Source: an uncultured archaeon (GTDB lineage Archaea; Aenigmatarchaeota; Aenigmatarchaeia; Aenigmatarchaeales; JAHLMS01). Taken from it: 64,000 nt of DNA. The notes beneath the pieces are model-generated. The model searched no databases. It had not been told where the DNA came from and saw only the letters and a list, made by a program, of their open reading frames with translations. The DNA is taken from assembly GCA_964353775.1 (NCBI GenBank), contig CAYGWB010000002.1:5185-69184 (forward strand), read 5' to 3'. The position numbers were made by a program, and so were the translations under genes. Of this stretch, positions 36,517-44,997 are shown in pieces (position 1 is the first letter of the stretch; every line of letters starts with the position of its first letter).

Positions 36517-36963
36517 TCACTTTTTCAGTTCTCTTATCTCGGCCTCGAACCATTTTATGTTCGGGGCTGCCTCGTAGACCGAGGCGAACCGCACATAAGC
36601 TACCTCATCTAGCTTCTTAAGTCTTTTGAGCACAAGTTGGCCGATAAATTTCGTGCTGACCTCGGGCTTGCCCTTCGCGCGGATGTCGTTCTCTATCTGT
36701 TCGACGGTCTTCGCTATCTGTTCCGGCGTTATCGGCCTCTTCTCGCAGGCCTTTATCACGCCGCTCCTTATCTTTTCCAGAATGAAAGGCTGCGTGCTCC
36801 CGTCCTTCTTTACTACCCGCAGCTCAACGTCTGCCCTTTCGTATGTCGTGAACCTGTTCTTGCACTTCAGGCACTCCCTACGCCTTCTCGCAGCCGATCC
36901 GCCGTCCGTCAGACGCTTGTCTATCACGTGCGTTCGGACCGAAGAGCAGTAGGGACACTTCAT
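36517..36963 (-). CDS. nrdR: transcriptional repressor NrdR (zinc ribbon + ATP-cone)
   Basis: MKCPYC...CLKCKNRFTTYE zinc ribbon then ATP-cone; start at internal Met of track ORF. Confidence 0.8.
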   Translation of the reverse strand: MKCPYCSSVRTHVIDKRLTDGGSAARRRRECLKCKNRFTTYERADVELRVVKKDGSTQPFILEKIRSGVIKACEKRPITPEQIAKTVEQIENDIRAKGKPEVSTKFIGQLVLKRLKKLDEVAYVRFASVYEAAPNIKWFEAEIRELKK

Positions 36964-37076
36964 AAAACACACAACCTATTGTGGTATTCGTACTTACAAT
37001 CCACAACAAATTGATTATCCTACCTGAATTGCATAAGGTCTTATAAAAAGATTTCGGTGGCTGAAAATATATTTTC

Positions 37077-37955
37077 TCACTTCTCGCCGAGGACCCTCGC
37101 GGCCTCGTTGACAAGGTCTCTAATGCTGCGAACAGGTACTCCGGTCATTTCGGCCAGCTCTTCGGCCGGCCGTTTCATCAAATCCTTGACCAGCATCATA
37201 CTGGCGGCTGAAAATTTGTCCAGCATGGTCGGGTCGAGCGTGCGCAGCGACGTTATCGGGTAGAGGTTCTTGCTTTCCATAAGCACTTCCAGGCTGTTGC
37301 CTGAAGGATAACCCCATCCCAGCATAACTATGTTCTTGCAGTTCGCGTACTGGATCGCGTCCGTTGAGAATTTTGTGTTGGTCGCGAGCCACGGCTGGTC
37401 GAACCTCTGGCATTTGCCCTGGCGCCAACCGTCCTGCAGATCGAGGAAGCGCGCGTATGTGTACAGCGTCTCTTTCAGACCGGTGTAGATGCCGGTCGCG
37501 TGATGGAACTTGCACTCTATCATGTAATTCTTCAGCTGTGGTTCGGCCAGTTCGGTCGGCATCTTGATCGGCTTGGCCGCAATGATATCGATCTCATGCG
37601 TCACGCATGCGCCTTGTATCATCGAGTGCACGCGCGCAGAATAGCCGTGCTCTTTCAGCACTTCAGCGACTAGAGCCTCGAAAGCGAAGCCCGCCGGTCC
37701 CAGCCTCATTATCGCGCCTTTGAGGTCGTAGCGTGCGGCCACGTGCGGATGCTCGACATCCATGAGCTGCAACGCCAGTTCCAGAATCTCCCTGGTGCTC
37801 ATGCCGTCGTATACCTTGGCGGTCACTTTACTTACGATATTCTCCGCCAGTTCTATCGGTGCGCCAGCACGCAGACAGGTCTTCCTTATCTTTTCAGGAT
37901 CGAACGGGACCCTTTCTCCGCTCGCCTTGACTACAATTATTTGCTTGGCCATCAA
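37077..37955 (-). CDS. ATP-cone + Mrr-like PD-(D/E)xK nuclease + C-terminal HhH fusion protein
   Basis: N-terminal ATP-cone (QIIVVKASGERVPFDPEKIRK); Mrr catalytic core HEIDIIAAK ... YMIECKFHH; C-terminal HhH (LAEMTGVPVRSIRDLV). Confidence 0.6.
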   Translation of the reverse strand: MMAKQIIVVKASGERVPFDPEKIRKTCLRAGAPIELAENIVSKVTAKVYDGMSTREILELALQLMDVEHPHVAARYDLKGAIMRLGPAGFAFEALVAEVLKEHGYSARVHSMIQGACVTHEIDIIAAKPIKMPTELAEPQLKNYMIECKFHHATGIYTGLKETLYTYARFLDLQDGWRQGKCQRFDQPWLATNTKFSTDAIQYANCKNIVMLGWGYPSGNSLEVLMESKNLYPITSLRTLDPTMLDKFSAASMMLVKDLMKRPAEELAEMTGVPVRSIRDLVNEAARVLGEK

Positions 37956-37991
37956 GAGAAAATTGACAAGCCTGATTAAAAAGAGTATCGC

Positions 37992-38330
37992 TCAGCAGGT
38001 CACGTGTATGAACGCGATGGCCTTCCTTCGCTTCGCGGCCTTGTTGAACTCCACGATCGCGAGCGGCGTATGCTTGACTATCAGCTCGACGCCCTGTACG
38101 CGTGCGAAGATTTCCGCTTCCGGTTCTACTTTCACGTTTCCGGCCGTACCGGTACCGATTACTATTACTTCCGGATCCCTCATCAGGAGCTCGTTCAGAT
38201 CAACCTTCGAGAAGGAATGGCTGCCGGACTTCATCTTTATGTCTCCGGTCCAGTCGATTATAACGTCGCTGTCGAACTTTCTGCCGTCCACTATTATTGA
38301 ACCAAAATAAGCGTTATCTATTTTAGGCAT
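37992..38330 (-). CDS. Mth938-like (DUF498) domain protein
   Basis: Start at internal MPKIDNAYF supported by TATA-like CTTATATC about 25 nt upstream; GSIIVDGRKF ... VIVIGTG motifs. Confidence 0.55.
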   Translation of the reverse strand: MPKIDNAYFGSIIVDGRKFDSDVIIDWTGDIKMKSGSHSFSKVDLNELLMRDPEVIVIGTGTAGNVKVEPEAEIFARVQGVELIVKHTPLAIVEFNKAAKRRKAIAFIHVTC

Positions 38331-38367
38331 GGTAATAAATTGCGTCTCAAAGATATAAGCCTTACGA

Positions 38368-38895
38368 CTAAATCTTGCACAGGCCCTTAATCGGCCATAT
38401 CTTGTTCTTGAGGAAGTGTTCGAATACGGAAGGTGCGACATCGTAGGCCACATGGAAGTCGAACAACGAATTGAGGCAGTATCCGAAGACTTCGCTTGCG
38501 GATTCGCTCATATCGACCATGTACTTGGCCGCTACCTTCTTGACCCGCATGTCCTGCAGAAGCAGGTGATTAAGGTCACTTTCCTTTTCAGAGTATCTGG
38601 TCAGCAGCGCTTTTTTGAATCCGGCGAGCGCAAGCAGCTTGTTCCTCATGTCCAAGGGCATGTCCATGTCTTTGATCTTTTCATGGTCGAACTTTGCCAC
38701 ATCAGTGGCCTCTTGTTCGGTGCCCCTAATGAAAGGTATCATGGCCAGACTTTCTATCTTTTTCAGGTCACGCTCGTACTGGATCAACACCTGTTTAAGA
38801 TCGCTATCAACAGAGACCAGGCCGCGCTTTATGCTGAGCATCTCGGTATAGCATTGGCAGAGCCCTTCAGAGTACTCCTGCTTCGGCATGGACAA
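38368..38895 (-). CDS. hypothetical protein
   Basis: ORF only. Confidence 0.4.
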   Translation of the reverse strand: MSMPKQEYSEGLCQCYTEMLSIKRGLVSVDSDLKQVLIQYERDLKKIESLAMIPFIRGTEQEATDVAKFDHEKIKDMDMPLDMRNKLLALAGFKKALLTRYSEKESDLNHLLLQDMRVKKVAAKYMVDMSESASEVFGYCLNSLFDFHVAYDVAPSVFEHFLKNKIWPIKGLCKI

Positions 38896-38968
38896 AATTC
38901 GAAAGAAAACTATTTAAGCCGCACATGACCGGAAGGGCTTTTTATCCTTTTCTTTCCGTATCTATCGC

Positions 38969-40474
38969 ATGCCTTCACAGCTCAGTCCCGCTGAAATTGA
39001 AAAGGCTGCCAAGGCGCTAAAGGCGACCGGCGGCAAGACCATATCGGCGCTTGACTACCGCTTCCTGGTGCCGGAGCTGTTGGGCTACGTTTCCCATGAT
39101 GCTTTGCACAGGTATTCTTTGACAGCTATGCGGGCATACGTGGACACGCTAAAGATGTACAAGGATATCCCCGAGGACGCGGCCGACATTGTCATGGCGG
39201 CCTACACGCCCGAGAGGGTCCCTTGCAAGAAGGCCGATGCAATAGAGGAAAAGATAACAAAGCATGATGTAAGAGCGAAGGTGCGGGCCGCGCAGTCGGC
39301 CATACCAAGATCGATGCGCGGATGGGCGTACCTTGCGCCTACAAGCTTCGACCTGCTTGACACCGCAAAGGCGGCAGCATTGCGCGATGCGGGCATGGAG
39401 GTAATTCTTCCCGACGCCATCAAGTACGAACGCGCGCTGATCAAGCGCGTGGCTGAAATAGAAGAGGACGGCCCGCTGGTGATGATGGGCCGTACGCACA
39501 AGCAGCACGCGACCTGCACGACGTTCGGCCACGTGGTCGCAGAATGGCTCGGCGGCTTCCATCCGGCCATGGAAGAGTTCCACAGGAGCATGGGCATGCT
39601 GCGCGGCAAGTTCTCTGGATTCGTCGGCACGCGAGCTGCACAGAAACTGCTGTTCGAGATGAACCCGCGCACGATCTCGGGCAATGTCATGCTGCATATG
39701 AAGCTTTCCGAAGATCCGCTGACCGGCCAGGTCGTCCATCAGACGTACTTCTTTCCGTACTTTTCCAATCTCGTCCTGATGTCCGGAAATGTAGCGAAGT
39801 TCGCGGAGGACATCCGCAACTACAGCCAGACGGAAGTGGGCGAGATAGTCGAAGGCAAGCTGTCAACCGCTGTCGGCTCATCCACCGGCGCGCACAAGGC
39901 CAATCCGATCAATTCTGAAAACATCGGCGGACAGTGGCGGTCCATCGACGCCGACATAGTCAGCGTCTACAACGACATAATCACGGACTTCCAGCGCGAT
40001 TTGCGCAGCTCGGCCAATTCGCGGTTCTACGTCCCTGAGATACCTGCGAAGGCTACCTATGCAATCCGCAGGGCGACAGGACTGGCCGAGAAGTTCAACG
40101 TGCGGCGCAGCAAGATTGCCGAGAACATCGGACTTACAAAGGGGCAGGTGATTGCCGAGCCTCTTCAGCTCTATCTGCAGAAATGGACAGCTATGCAGGG
40201 CAAATTCATCGATGCCCACGATTATGTACGCAAACTGAGCAACAAGGCGCTGGACTCCGGCAAGACGCTGCAGGAGATGGCCAACGAGGACAAACTCATC
40301 GCAAAGATGTTCAAGGAGATTCCGAAGGAGAAGGTCGAAATAATTCTTAATCCTGTCAAATATATCGGCGAGGCGGACAGGGATGCACGCGTTTTCTTGA
40401 AGTATGTCGACAAATGCCTCTCCGGGCTCGAAGAAGAGATAGAAAAGCACAAGCAGTCCGTCGTATACATATGA
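38969..40474 (+). CDS. purB: fumarate-lyase superfamily protein, likely adenylosuccinate lyase (PurB-like)
   Basis: Signature GSSTGAHKANPINSEN (GSSxMPxKxN family motif); next to pur genes. Confidence 0.65.
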   Translation: MPSQLSPAEIEKAAKALKATGGKTISALDYRFLVPELLGYVSHDALHRYSLTAMRAYVDTLKMYKDIPEDAADIVMAAYTPERVPCKKADAIEEKITKHDVRAKVRAAQSAIPRSMRGWAYLAPTSFDLLDTAKAAALRDAGMEVILPDAIKYERALIKRVAEIEEDGPLVMMGRTHKQHATCTTFGHVVAEWLGGFHPAMEEFHRSMGMLRGKFSGFVGTRAAQKLLFEMNPRTISGNVMLHMKLSEDPLTGQVVHQTYFFPYFSNLVLMSGNVAKFAEDIRNYSQTEVGEIVEGKLSTAVGSSTGAHKANPINSENIGGQWRSIDADIVSVYNDIITDFQRDLRSSANSRFYVPEIPAKATYAIRRATGLAEKFNVRRSKIAENIGLTKGQVIAEPLQLYLQKWTAMQGKFIDAHDYVRKLSNKALDSGKTLQEMANEDKLIAKMFKEIPKEKVEIILNPVKYIGEADRDARVFLKYVDKCLSGLEEEIEKHKQSVVYI

Positions 40475-40475
40475 T

Positions 40476-40551
40476 TGGTAGCCCCGGTAGGATTCGAACC
40501 TACGTCCGCTGCTCCAGAGGCAGCTATCCTTGGCCGCTAGACGACGGGGCT
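40476..40551 (-). tRNA. tRNA-Gln (anticodon CUG), CCA encoded
   Basis: Minus strand AGCCCCG...anticodon stem GCTGC/GCAGC loop CTCTGGA...T-arm GTAGG-TTCGAAT-CCTAC...CGGGGCT-A-CCA. Confidence 0.85.
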
Positions 40552-40588
40552 GAAGCTAGATAGGTTAGAAGAGTATTTAAAAAATCCT

Positions 40589-41131
40589 CTACGCGACTAT
40601 CTGCTGGCTGATTCTGAGCGCGGCTTCCCTGCCCATGAGCTGCTCGACTATCTTCAATGCGAACGCTATGGACGTTCCCGGTCCCTGGCTTGTCACGATG
40701 TTGCCGTCCACGACGACGCGGTCGGACCTCGGCCGGTCGAATCCTTTCTCTAGGCCAGGATAGGCGGTCGCTTTCTTGTCCGCGAGTATTCCTAGCTTGT
40801 GCAGGATCGGCGGTGCGGCGCATATTGCTCCGATGAACTTGCCGTTCTTCGCAAAGTCCTGCAGAGTCTTTGTCAGCGTCGGCATCTTGCCCAGGATGTC
40901 CACGGCGGCCGTTCCACCGGGCAGAATTATCCCGTCGAACTTGTTCAGGTCCTCGTCCAGAAGCCTCGTGTCAGCGTGCATTCGGACCTTGGAGACCGAA
41001 GTCACCAGGTTGCCGGATATTCCGGCCGTCACGATATTGACACCTGCGCGTCGCAGTATGTCCACGACAGCGAGGGCCTCTATGTCCTCGAATCCGTCAG
41101 CTAGCGGCATCAAAATTTTTGGCATAATCAT
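40589..41131 (-). CDS. DJ-1/PfpI-family protein
   Basis: Nucleophile elbow AICAAP, class I glutamine-amidotransferase-like fold. Confidence 0.8.
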   Translation of the reverse strand: MIMPKILMPLADGFEDIEALAVVDILRRAGVNIVTAGISGNLVTSVSKVRMHADTRLLDEDLNKFDGIILPGGTAAVDILGKMPTLTKTLQDFAKNGKFIGAICAAPPILHKLGILADKKATAYPGLEKGFDRPRSDRVVVDGNIVTSQGPGTSIAFALKIVEQLMGREAALRISQQIVA

Positions 41132-41182
41132 CTACCTCCATATGAAAATGTTGTTTAGAATGAGATGCGTAAGCTGATAAAT

Positions 41183-41689
41183 TTAACGTTTCATGGCCGC
41201 TATGAAGGCATCCATGAATTCTGTCGTATGACCGGTGCTCGACGCCGTTATTATATTGCCGTCCGTTTCGACCGGCGCGCCCGTGTACTGTCCGTACATG
41301 CTCATCACGTCGCGTTCGGTCGGCCTGGCGGTCACCCTCTTTCCTCTAATTATCTGGGCGTGCGCGAGTATGGTCGGCGACAGACCGATTGCGCCGACCG
41401 GCTTTCCGGCCTCGAAGAACTCCTTGGCGAGCTGTAGCGCACGGCGGTTCGTGATGTAGGCCGCCGCGCCCGTGCCGCCTATGAAGATTATTCCCTGGAA
41501 GCTCTTGCTGTCCACGTGATAGAAGTCGCCGTGCGGCGTTATCACGCTGCCGCGCTCTCCCTTTGTGGCCTGGCCCGTGCTGTTGACTATCATTACCTCG
41601 ATGTTGGCCTTCAGCAGCATGCTTGTTATTATCACCAGCTGCTTGTCGTTGAAGTCGTACGGCGCGACCACTACGAGCACTCTTGTCAT
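41183..41689 (-). CDS. DJ-1/PfpI-family protein (tandem paralog)
   Basis: Start at internal MTRVLVVV; GAIGLSPTILAHAQII region. Confidence 0.65.
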   Translation of the reverse strand: MTRVLVVVAPYDFNDKQLVIITSMLLKANIEVMIVNSTGQATKGERGSVITPHGDFYHVDSKSFQGIIFIGGTGAAAYITNRRALQLAKEFFEAGKPVGAIGLSPTILAHAQIIRGKRVTARPTERDVMSMYGQYTGAPVETDGNIITASSTGHTTEFMDAFIAAMKR

Positions 41690-41765
41690 GCAACTTAGTT
41701 CGCGGGTCAACTTGAAAAAGTTAAGCTTTTTAAGGTTCGGTAACAAGGGTTTTGGCAGGTGATAT

Positions 41766-42206
41766 TTGATGCCAATAGTGGGTCTGGTACTGCGCACGAT
41801 CTCAGCGACAAGAAATATCGATATCGAAGGCGGAGTCAAGGTCAGCAATAACACCAACATACGAGAAGTGAAAGAGAGCGACATGGGCCTGATCGGCAAG
41901 AAGGGGCTCGTCGTTTCATTCGATTTCAAGACAGTCTACGAATCGGAAAAAATGAAGAAGAGCTTTGCCGAACTGAATATCAGCGGCGACGTGCTTATCA
42001 TCGAGGACAAGTACAAGGACGTATTGGACGGATGGAAGAAGAACAAGAAGCTTCCGGACAAGATGAACATTGCTATCGTCAATACGGTTCTTAGGCGCTG
42101 CCTGACGGAAGGACTGGTTCTCAGCGAGAAGCTGAACCTGCCGCCGCCAATGGTATTGCCGTTCGCATCTGACAAGCCGCCGGAAGACAGCAGATACATT
42201 GGTTAA
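41766..42206 (+). CDS. hypothetical protein
   Basis: ORF only. Confidence 0.4.
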   Translation: MMPIVGLVLRTISATRNIDIEGGVKVSNNTNIREVKESDMGLIGKKGLVVSFDFKTVYESEKMKKSFAELNISGDVLIIEDKYKDVLDGWKKNKKLPDKMNIAIVNTVLRRCLTEGLVLSEKLNLPPPMVLPFASDKPPEDSRYIG

Positions 42207-42217
42207 GCGTTAGAAAA

Positions 42218-42787
42218 CTATCTGACTATTTCAGAAAGTATCTTGTAAGCCTTAGGCGTGTCGATATCCCTGACGACCAGCATCGTATCGCGCCACGCCG
42301 AGCTCATGTGAATTATGTTGACGTTTTCGGCGGCGAGCCTCTGCATGATGTAGGATATGACCCCCGGGACTTTCTCTATCTCAGCTGGACTGGACAATAA
42401 AATCAGGTCGAGATTCCTCTCCACCCTCTTGGAAGCTCCGGGTGCCTTGGCCTCCTCGAGAACACTGACCCAACCGTTCGGGCCACGTACTGATGCAATC
42501 GCATTCTCCATCCTTTCCTTGGATATAACTACGACGACCTTTGCCTTCACATCGAGCTCGCTGTTTCTCATCAAAGACAGAACTTTTGATTCGACGCCGC
42601 GCTTTTCCTTTCCAAGTTTTCTGGCCATCCTTATGAGCGCCGCCTTGACGGCGACCTCGCTGCCTTTTATTTCCCTATTGGCGATGCGGGCCAGGGCCGA
42701 GTGATTGATGACACCCTTCTCCAAGGCCTCCTGAATATACGGCCTCCTCTTTACCCAGAGCCAGGCCAGCTCGGCTACCTTTGTCAT
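42218..42787 (-). CDS. HTH + ACT-domain regulator (COG2150-like)
   Basis: Start at internal MTKVAELAW; N-terminal HTH, C-terminal ACT-like region. Confidence 0.45.
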   Translation of the reverse strand: MTKVAELAWLWVKRRPYIQEALEKGVINHSALARIANREIKGSEVAVKAALIRMARKLGKEKRGVESKVLSLMRNSELDVKAKVVVVISKERMENAIASVRGPNGWVSVLEEAKAPGASKRVERNLDLILLSSPAEIEKVPGVISYIMQRLAAENVNIIHMSSAWRDTMLVVRDIDTPKAYKILSEIVR

Positions 42788-42873
42788 ATATGTAACATTA
42801 TTGTCACAAGTAAATATAAATGTAACGATAACAGCATACCTAGCTTCTGTACAATACTTGTTAGGTGATTTGA

Positions 42874-43506
42874 ATGACAGAAAAGTTTTCATATATCGTT
42901 GAAGACAGCATCAAATATGCTGTGAAACATTTACATGACGGAGTAATAGAACTGTCCGATCTGGAGATCGACAACAAATCATATGCCGTAATGTTGGTAG
43001 AAGCCGCTCGCGGATATGTTAAACATAAACTCCATGATAAGCCGGTGCAACATATAGAATTCAAGAACAATGGAAAGTTCGGGAAGGTGACGTACTGGAT
43101 ATGGGGCTCAACGCCCTATGTCAACATCAATGTTGATGAGCTGAAGGGTTTGGGCCTGGAGAACATCGAGACGGTGGACCCCGATAAAATCTCTGAAAAG
43201 GGCGTGCTGATGAAAAAACTATTAAACGATCTGAAAACCCAGGCCGTCGGTAAAGGACATATCGGAAAGGAGATAGACAAAGCTGAAAAAATAAAAGATA
43301 TTAAGTGGTACTCTATCTCAGCCGGGTTGATACAAAACAATTTTGGCATATGCGAACCTGAAGATTTGCCAAGTAAATATCCGGGGTATCCGTTCAATAT
43401 AAACTACCAGCTTGACGTTTATCTGTGCAAAGGTGTTTGGGAAGGCCTGGGTGTGGAAGTGCTGAAGAAGGCCGGGTTCACTCTACCTGAGCCGAAGAAA
43501 ATCTAG
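42874..43506 (+). CDS. hypothetical protein
   Basis: ORF only. Confidence 0.4.
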   Translation: MTEKFSYIVEDSIKYAVKHLHDGVIELSDLEIDNKSYAVMLVEAARGYVKHKLHDKPVQHIEFKNNGKFGKVTYWIWGSTPYVNINVDELKGLGLENIETVDPDKISEKGVLMKKLLNDLKTQAVGKGHIGKEIDKAEKIKDIKWYSISAGLIQNNFGICEPEDLPSKYPGYPFNINYQLDVYLCKGVWEGLGVEVLKKAGFTLPEPKKI

Positions 43507-43832
43507 GCGAGTTTGAGTCCGTTCTTTACTTTTCTTTCCGGCTGGGCGAGCACTACGTCTCCGTTTTCCAACACGAAGCCTGTCGTGAGAACCTCGGACC
43601 TGAAATCGGCTATCTGCTTCGGCGGGAAGTTGGTGACACATATCACCTGCCTGCCGAGCAGCTCGTCTTTCTTGTACAGCTTGGTTATCTGCGCACTGGA
43701 CTGCTTGACGCCCAGTTCGCCGAGGTCTATCCACAGCTTGTAGGCCGGAACCTTGGCCTTCGGGAAGTCCTCCACGCGGACGACCGTTCCGACGCGGATG
43801 CCGGCCTTCTCGAAGTCTTCCCAGGTTATCAT
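43503..43832 (-). CDS. tRNA-binding domain protein (CsaA/Trbp111/EMAP-like OB fold)
   Basis: Start at internal MITWEDFEK; conserved [12 protein letters not shown]...KLWIDLGE...ICVTNFPP. Confidence 0.7.
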   Translation of the reverse strand: MITWEDFEKAGIRVGTVVRVEDFPKAKVPAYKLWIDLGELGVKQSSAQITKLYKKDELLGRQVICVTNFPPKQIADFRSEVLTTGFVLENGDVVLAQPERKVKNGLKLA

Positions 43833-44104
43833 CACTCGAGCCTCTTGATTATATGCCAGCCGAACTGGGTCTTCACCGGACCGGATAGCTGACCTTTCTG
43901 AAGAGCGAAGGCCGCTGTCTCGAATTCTCGGACCATCTTTCCACGTCCGAACGTTCCCAGGTCCCCGCCCTTCCTGCCCGACGGACACATTGATTTTTCA
44001 GCCGCTATCCTTGAGAAGTTTCCGCCCATCTGCAGCTGCTTCAGTATGTCCTTGGCCTCCTGCTCCGTCTTCACCAGTATATGCGCGCAATGTGCACTGT
44101 CCAT
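43832..44104 (-). CDS. parvulin-type (PpiC) peptidyl-prolyl isomerase
   Basis: [10 protein letters not shown]...[23 protein letters not shown]...GWHIIKRLE parvulin fold. Confidence 0.8.
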   Translation of the reverse strand: MDSAHCAHILVKTEQEAKDILKQLQMGGNFSRIAAEKSMCPSGRKGGDLGTFGRGKMVREFETAAFALQKGQLSGPVKTQFGWHIIKRLE

Positions 44105-44152
44105 ATTATCACCTCATTTTGCTGATTAACATTATGAAATAAGAATTTAAAA

Positions 44153-44425
44153 AATAGAGCTACCGCTAGGAGAAGTTAGTATATTTCTACAGAAATCTAC
44201 TAGAACCTTCTCTTTTTTGCGAAACACTCTCTGCAAAAGACTGGCTTGCCTTCTGTGGGCTTGAAAGGAACTTCGCATTCCTTCTGGCACTCAGAACAGA
44301 TAGCCTTGTGCATTTCCCTGGGTCCGCGATCAAAGCTTCTGTCGCCGCCGAATCGTCTTTCTCCGAATGGCATATTTATTTCCTCCTGAATCAAGTGCTG
44401 TACGAGAGTTTATAAAGGTATATTC
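44153..44425. repeat. repeat copy A (about 270 bp; gene + promoter + 3' flank) homologous to 59690-59945
   Basis: About 80% nucleotide identity by eye, including non-coding flanks (AGCTACCGCTA..., TCTCTTTTTTGCGAAACA, GTTTATAAAGG). Confidence 0.7.
44200..44373 (-). CDS. small zinc-ribbon protein, copy A (57 aa, CX2C-X17-CX2C)
   Basis: ATG 44373 preceded by SD GGAGG and TATA-like TTTATAAAC; track ORF extends to an upstream TTG; paralog at 59726-59899. Confidence 0.65.
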   Translation of the reverse strand: MPFGERRFGGDRSFDRGPREMHKAICSECQKECEVPFKPTEGKPVFCRECFAKKRRF

Positions 44426-44487
44426 AGCTATTGTCGCAGGTCGGCAGTGAACAATCAGTATAAATCCTTTTTCATTCATTTCTGGGC

Positions 44488-44997
44488 ATGCCGGTTATTG
44501 TCCGTGTAATAACAGACCCAAAATATGACGTGAAGGGCGAGGGAAAAAAGAATTATATTCAAAATAAACTCGGTATACCTGTCACCAACGTTTCTTCCCG
44601 ACATCTGTACGTCATAGATGGGCTGTCAATCAAGGAGCAGGCAAAGGTGGCCGCGAAAAAGCTCCTGGCGGACAAGGTCGCGGAATATTTCGAGATATTC
44701 GAGGCCGATAATAAAGAAATCTATAGCCAGCCGGCAGTGCCCATCGGTGCGAAGGGCCCGTGGCTCGTTTGGATCGGGTACAAGACCCAGCCGCTCGTGC
44801 TGGACGCGTGGGGGGACACGACGAAGAAAGTGATGAAAGATCTTGGCATACATGCGAAGTCTGTGAAGCACATGGAGGAGTTCCTGATCGAGGGCGAGCT
44901 TGACATGACTCAGATAGATACGATATGCAGGGAGAAGCTAGCTGATGGAAAAGTTCAGGACTTCACTTACAGACCAGTGAGGGATAACGATGTCTGA
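44488..44997 (+). CDS. purS: PurS-like protein (tandem-duplicated PurS domains)
   Basis: N-terminal 80 aa PurS-like; second PurS-like half; overlaps purL start. Confidence 0.5.
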   Translation: MPVIVRVITDPKYDVKGEGKKNYIQNKLGIPVTNVSSRHLYVIDGLSIKEQAKVAAKKLLADKVAEYFEIFEADNKEIYSQPAVPIGAKGPWLVWIGYKTQPLVLDAWGDTTKKVMKDLGIHAKSVKHMEEFLIEGELDMTQIDTICREKLADGKVQDFTYRPVRDNDV

